DNA from: Armatimonadota bacterium
Lineage (GTDB): Bacteria; Armatimonadota; UBA10988
Reading direction: 5' to 3'
Assembly (NCBI GenBank): GCA_016235455.1
Contig: JACRKZ010000027.1
Location: 1 to 64,000, forward strand
DNA length: 64,000 nt
The number at the start of each line of letters is the position of its first letter. The first letter of the stretch is position 1. A model generated the notes under the pieces. It saw only the letters and a program-made list of their open reading frames with translations. It was not told where the DNA came from and ran no database searches. Made by a program: the position numbers and the translations under genes. Positions 59,531-64,000 of this stretch are shown piece after piece.

Positions 59531-60289
59531 ATGGCTGAGCCGGATCGTGTGCTGTTGGTGGATGACGATCCGCTGCATCGAGACGTGGAGGTCCGCCGCC
59601 TCACCGCGCTCGGCTACGACTGCGTCGCCGCCCGCGACGGGTTTGAGGCCGCGGACGTGCTGCGCGCGCAGGATTTCGACGCCGTCGTCACCGATGTGCA
59701 CATGCCGGGCAACGAGGATCTGTCCTTCGTCAAGGCGGTCCAGGACATCCGGCCGGGCATGCCAGTCATCATCATCACCGGCCAGCCGTCGATGCAGACG
59801 GCCGCGGCCTCCATCGGGCTCGGCGTCCGCGCCTATCTGCTCAAGCCGTACACGCGCGAGCAACTGGTCTCCGAACTGCAGGCGGCCGTGCGCGTGAGGC
59901 GGCTGCAGCGCGCACTGTCCGATGCGCGTCAGCGGCTCGACGACTCGGCGGCGCGCATGGCGGAGGCCGAGATGCTGCTGGCCGCGCGCGCCGGCAGCGA
60001 CCAGGCGCAGACCGCCTACGTGGAGGTGCAGCTGTGGCAGGTGGTGGCCACTACCGCCGAGCTCTGCCGCTTCCTCGCCGCCAACCCGGCCGATCCCACC
60101 GCCCCGCCGCCCAGCGAGATCACGGCCGCGGTCAGTCTGGGCGATATGGTGGATGCGCTACGCACCACGGTCGATGTGCTCGACCGCACTCGCGACTCCT
60201 TCAAGTCCAAGGACCTGGGCCAACTCCGCCGCCGCGTGGAGGAGTTGCTCTGCAAGCTCAGTGTGGGGGGCCGCTCGTCAGTTGACTGA
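59531..60289 (+). CDS. Response regulator (REC plus helical C-terminal domain, no obvious DNA-binding motif)
   Basis: VLLVDDD, VTDVHMPG, IITG and YLLKP. RBS GAGGAG. Confidence 0.88.
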   Translation: MAEPDRVLLVDDDPLHRDVEVRRLTALGYDCVAARDGFEAADVLRAQDFDAVVTDVHMPGNEDLSFVKAVQDIRPGMPVIIITGQPSMQTAAASIGLGVRAYLLKPYTREQLVSELQAAVRVRRLQRALSDARQRLDDSAARMAEAEMLLAARAGSDQAQTAYVEVQLWQVVATTAELCRFLAANPADPTAPPPSEITAAVSLGDMVDALRTTVDVLDRTRDSFKSKDLGQLRRRVEELLCKLSVGGRSSVD

Positions 60290-63245
60290 TCAACGACGTC
60301 AGCCGCGCCGCGTTGACCGGCTTCCACAGGAAGGCCTGGCAGCCGGCAGCCAGAGCCGTGGTCTCATTGATGCCCGCGCCGAGTCCGGTCATCAATATGA
60401 CCGGCAGCGCCGGCCGGAGCCGATGGACCAGCTCCGCCAGGTCGAAGCCGGACAGGCCCGGCATCGAGTAGTCCACCAGCATGACCTCGATGGTCTCGGA
60501 TGAGGCGACCAGGTTGAGCGCCTGCTCACCGTCGCCGACGCCGACCACCGTGTGGCCGATGCTCTCCAGCAGGCGCGTCAGCCACGACACCATGGCGGGC
60601 TCGTCATCGACCACCAGAATGCGGCGGTGACCGCCGGTGATGCGGGTGTCCTCCTCGCGCGTCGCCGAGCGCTCGGCCGAAAGCGGCAGGTAGATGGACA
60701 CCACGGCGCCACCCGCGGGATGGTTGCCCAACACCAACGTGCCACCGGCCGCGACGACGATGCCATGCACCAGGGCCAGGCCCATGCCGGTTCCCTGGCC
60801 GGGCGGCTTGGTGGTGAAGAAGGGCTCCACCACGCGGTTCAGGATGGCCGGCTCGATGCCGGGGCCGCTGTCCCACACCGTGAGCCGGGCGTAGCCCTCG
60901 GCTGTCGGCTTGATACCTTGCTCGACCAGGTCAGATGTCGGCGCCCGATTGAGACCGACCACGACCTGTCCCGCCTTCGGCCCGATGGCCTGACAGGCGT
61001 TGGTGCACAGGTTCATCACCACCTGGTGCAGTTGGCTCGGGCTGATCACCACGGTGCCGAGCTTCCGGTCGACCTGCGTCACCAGTTCCACGCTGTCCGG
61101 GATGACCGAGCCCAACAGCTGCAACGCTTCCCACACGGCCATGCCCACCGAGACAGGCTCGGCGCTGTCTTCGGTGCGTCGCGCGAAAGTCAGGATCTGG
61201 CGCGTCAGATCGGAGGCGCGCTGCGTGGCCAGCTTGATCTGGCGCAGGCAGGTGAGCAGTTCCTCCTCATTGCCCCGGATCAGCTCAGCCAGATCCGCGT
61301 TGCCGGCGATGATGCCCAGCACGTTGTTGAAGTCATGCGCAATGCCGCTGGCGAAGGTGCCGATGGCTTCGAGCTTGATGGCCTGCCGCAGCCGCTCTTC
61401 CATGGTCTCCAGGCCAGACAGGTCGGTCCAGATGAGCGCGGCGCCGATGGCCTGCCCCCCCGCGTCGTGCATGGGCGACGCCTGGTTGGTGTAGGTCACC
61501 CGCCCGTCGGCATCGGCCAGGGCCATGCCCTCCTTCGTCGCCTCGGCGGCAGAGGTCAGCCGGTCCGCCAGATCCGTGGCCGCGCGCAGTTCGCTGATGT
61601 CCTGCACCGCGCCCACCACGCGCTGATTGATGCCGCTGGCGTCAACCAGCGGCAGGCCGGTCTCGAGCACCCAGGCCAGCCGACCGTCGGCGCGGCGCAG
61701 CCGGTACTCGACGCTGAACGCGCTGCGCGCGTCCACGGCAGCCGCGCGCATGGTCTGTACCCGTTCGCGGTCCTCGGAGTAGATGTGCGCCACGCGGTCC
61801 TCGGAGCCCAGCACACTGATCTCTTCCATCGAGTAGCCCGTCACCTCGTGCACGGCGCCCGCCCACTTGATCGTGCCGTTCCGTGGCGACCAGTCGTAGA
61901 CCATCTGGCCCGCCTGCTCGGAGACAGCCTGGTGCCGTTGCTGCGCATCTTGCAGCCGCCGCTCGGCGAACCGGCGGGCGAAGGCGTTGCCCAGGATGCC
62001 CGCGCAGGTCGACACCAGATCCACGATGTGCTGTGGCCACGTGTGCTCAGCGCCCAGGGGGCCCAACAGATTGGCCGTGCCGTAGACCCGGCCCTCGTGC
62101 CGGATGGGCGCGACGATCGCCGGCCGGTAGCCCCGCGGGAACAGCAACTCGCGCTCCAGGTCGCTGCACGACCACTCGCCACGACTGCCGACCACGATCG
62201 GCTGCCCCGACGCCAACTGCGGCAGCACCGCAACGACGTCGGCGGCGTGAGCCAGCCTGAACTGGTCGACCCGTGGATCGCGCGGCGCCAGGGGCCACGC
62301 GATGATCTCCGCGGCGGGCACGGGATCGAACTCGTAGACCCGCACCTCGGCGCTTTCGGCCTCGGCGAAGCGCACCAGGCCCGGTAGCCAGTCGCGAACA
62401 GCCTGCACCATCCGGTCGCCCGACGACATGAGGACGCTGGTCGTCAGCTCCGAAATGAGCCGCTGCGTCTCCAGCCGCTCGCGCAGTTCGGACTGCGCGC
62501 GCCGCTGCTCACTGATATCGAGAATGGCGCTGCAGCGCAGCCACCGGCCGCTCAGGAAGGCCATGCGGCCGCGCGCCTCAACCAGCACGCGCGTGCCGTC
62601 GCGGCGCTGGATCCATAGCTCGTAGGGTTCGACGGTGTCGTACTGCAGGTGCGACCGCACGAGGTCACGCGACTCCGGCGCGACCAGGTCGACCAAGGCC
62701 ATGCCCAGCAGTTCCTCGGCCGACCGCCCGACCAGCACGCAGAACTGCTCGTTGGCGTCCAGCACCACGCCATCGGACGAGATGACAATGCCCTCGAACG
62801 CCGCCTCGCCAAGCTGGCGCAGGCGCACTTCGCTCTGGCGCAGGCCTTCTTCGGCCTGTCGTCGGAGACGGCGCTGGCGCAGGTCGGCCAGCGCGCGAGT
62901 GATGGTCGGCGGCAGGTACGAGAGGTCGGCGCGCGGCACACCGTAGGCGCCGCGCACGATCAGCTCGGGCTCGGGCCGGACGCCGGGAGCCGAGACCACC
63001 ACCACCGGCAGATCCAGGTGACGGTGCCCGAGATCGGCCACCAGCGCCAGCGCGTCGATCGGCGAACTGGCCAGGTCCACCAGCGCGACATCCCACTCGC
63101 CCCCGTCGAGAGCGGAGGTCAGGGCCGGCGAGCTGGTCACCACGACATACTCGAGCGCCTGCTCGCCATCGAGCAGCCAGGGGGCATACTCGTCGCCCAC
63201 CTCGGCCGAGCCAGCCACTACTATCGCGCGCGCGCGAGGCAACAT
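60258..63245 (-). CDS. Hybrid histidine kinase: pseudo-REC, PAS, GAF, PAS, collapsed PAS, HisKA, HATPase, REC
   Basis: GTFASGIAHDFNN, MNLCTNA, EPFFTTK..G.GTGMGL, and receiver ILVVDDE..VDYSMP..KP. Confidence 0.92.
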   Translation of the reverse strand: MLPRARAIVVAGSAEVGDEYAPWLLDGEQALEYVVVTSSPALTSALDGGEWDVALVDLASSPIDALALVADLGHRHLDLPVVVVSAPGVRPEPELIVRGAYGVPRADLSYLPPTITRALADLRQRRLRRQAEEGLRQSEVRLRQLGEAAFEGIVISSDGVVLDANEQFCVLVGRSAEELLGMALVDLVAPESRDLVRSHLQYDTVEPYELWIQRRDGTRVLVEARGRMAFLSGRWLRCSAILDISEQRRAQSELRERLETQRLISELTTSVLMSSGDRMVQAVRDWLPGLVRFAEAESAEVRVYEFDPVPAAEIIAWPLAPRDPRVDQFRLAHAADVVAVLPQLASGQPIVVGSRGEWSCSDLERELLFPRGYRPAIVAPIRHEGRVYGTANLLGPLGAEHTWPQHIVDLVSTCAGILGNAFARRFAERRLQDAQQRHQAVSEQAGQMVYDWSPRNGTIKWAGAVHEVTGYSMEEISVLGSEDRVAHIYSEDRERVQTMRAAAVDARSAFSVEYRLRRADGRLAWVLETGLPLVDASGINQRVVGAVQDISELRAATDLADRLTSAAEATKEGMALADADGRVTYTNQASPMHDAGGQAIGAALIWTDLSGLETMEERLRQAIKLEAIGTFASGIAHDFNNVLGIIAGNADLAELIRGNEEELLTCLRQIKLATQRASDLTRQILTFARRTEDSAEPVSVGMAVWEALQLLGSVIPDSVELVTQVDRKLGTVVISPSQLHQVVMNLCTNACQAIGPKAGQVVVGLNRAPTSDLVEQGIKPTAEGYARLTVWDSGPGIEPAILNRVVEPFFTTKPPGQGTGMGLALVHGIVVAAGGTLVLGNHPAGGAVVSIYLPLSAERSATREEDTRITGGHRRILVVDDEPAMVSWLTRLLESIGHTVVGVGDGEQALNLVASSETIEVMLVDYSMPGLSGFDLAELVHRLRPALPVILMTGLGAGINETTALAAGCQAFLWKPVNAARLTSLISQLTSGPPH

Positions 63246-63355
63246 CAACCCGCTCCGCCAGCCAGCCAACCCAAGACTTCGACCGCCAAACCATGCATTG
63301 CGCCTACTATGCGCCGCACAGTCGCCGGTGGCAACGGAGTCACATTATGTACGGT

Positions 63356-64000
63356 TTACACGAGGTTACGCTTCGCCGCGTCCTCGGTTGAGCGGGCGCC
63401 GTCGTCGAGCCACGCCTGATGGAACTCGCGATCGAGCACCGTCGGGAACCACTGCTCTCGCCGGAACCGTGCGGCCGTGTGGTCGGTGTCGATGAACCGG
63501 CCGCCGGGGCCTAGGCTGTCCACCAGGTCCAGCGCCAGCGCGTCGTCGTCGAGGTCCACCGCGCGCAGGCAGCTCTCCACGTAGCCGACGACCTCGTGCT
63601 GCCAGCAGAGCATCTCCAGCGAGGTGGCCTGGTCCACGCCGCAGATGCCCAGATGGCCGAAGATGTCGGCGCCGGCCGCCGCGCCGGCCAGCAGCGTGGC
63701 CCCGCACTCGAGCCCGGCCTGGGCGTCGGGCCGCTTGCTGTCGGTCAGACCCACATTGATGTAGACCGGCAGGCCCAGATGCCGACCCAACTGCGTCATG
63801 GCCACGCCGAAGATGGCCTGCTCGGGCCCGGCGAAGATCATCTGCGTGGTGCGCATGTCGAAGGCATGGCAGATGCCGCCATAGCAGACGGCCAGGCCAG
63901 GCTTGACCATCTGGGTGAGGCAGATGCCGGCCAGGATCTCGGCGTGTTCGAGGGCCATGGTGCCGGCCAGGCTCATCGGCGCCGACAAGCCCATCTGGGC
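63356..64000 (-). CDS. Trimethylamine methyltransferase (MttB) superfamily protein, non-pyrrolysine; 5' part lies beyond the window
   Basis: AP.SLAG, AEILAG, FDMRT, GLP, TDSK.PDAQAG.E and GPGG.F...HT. Confidence 0.88.
   Translation of the reverse strand, partial: AQMGLSAPMSLAGTMALEHAEILAGICLTQMVKPGLAVCYGGICHAFDMRTTQMIFAGPEQAIFGVAMTQLGRHLGLPVYINVGLTDSKRPDAQAGLECGATLLAGAAAGADIFGHLGICGVDQATSLEMLCWQHEVVGYVESCLRAVDLDDDALALDLVDSLGPGGRFIDTDHTAARFRREQWFPTVLDREFHQAWLDDGARSTEDAAKRNLV

Noticed and set aside
63746-63748. Pyrrolysine (TAG) recoding in MttB
   Set aside because: The equivalent codon is CTG (Leu) and no in-frame TAG is seen.

Overview
A GC-rich (~70% by eye), gene-dense 64 kb bacterial chromosome segment. 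It is most consistent with Armatimonadota, because it carries six type IV pilin-like DUF1559 genes with the '[22 protein letters not shown]' start and a C-terminal H-X9-DG motif; this assignment is inference. From left to right it contains: (1) a polysaccharide-use region (FlgD-Ig/NHL protein, GH29, PL10, three tandem DUF1559 paralogs, a pyruvyl-transferase-family protein, a 1573-aa phosphatase/FecR/propeller mosaic, GH127, and a UroD-like/rhamnose mutarotase/ROK/ABC exporter/2x GT2 run); (2) sensor kinases; (3) an hsp20-lon-hydrolase-rsmG-acyP-rlmN operon; (4) rpoN; (5) a MoxR/DUF58/Bat operon that continues directly into two dynamin-like GTPases; (6) a lipoprotein chorismate-mutase homolog and an atypical Fpg/Nei; (7) CheW/MCP with a response regulator and a hybrid kinase; (8) a non-pyrrolysine MttB cut by the right edge. 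I saw no rRNA, tRNA, CRISPR array, transposase or integrase. The leads most worth checking are the Bat-MoxR plus paired GTPase operon, the independently transcribed pilin-like triplet among CAZyme genes, a recurrent SigH-like AGGN-N17-GAAN promoter motif, and sigma28-like promoters (one ahead of rpoN). All calls come from motif recognition by eye, with no database search.
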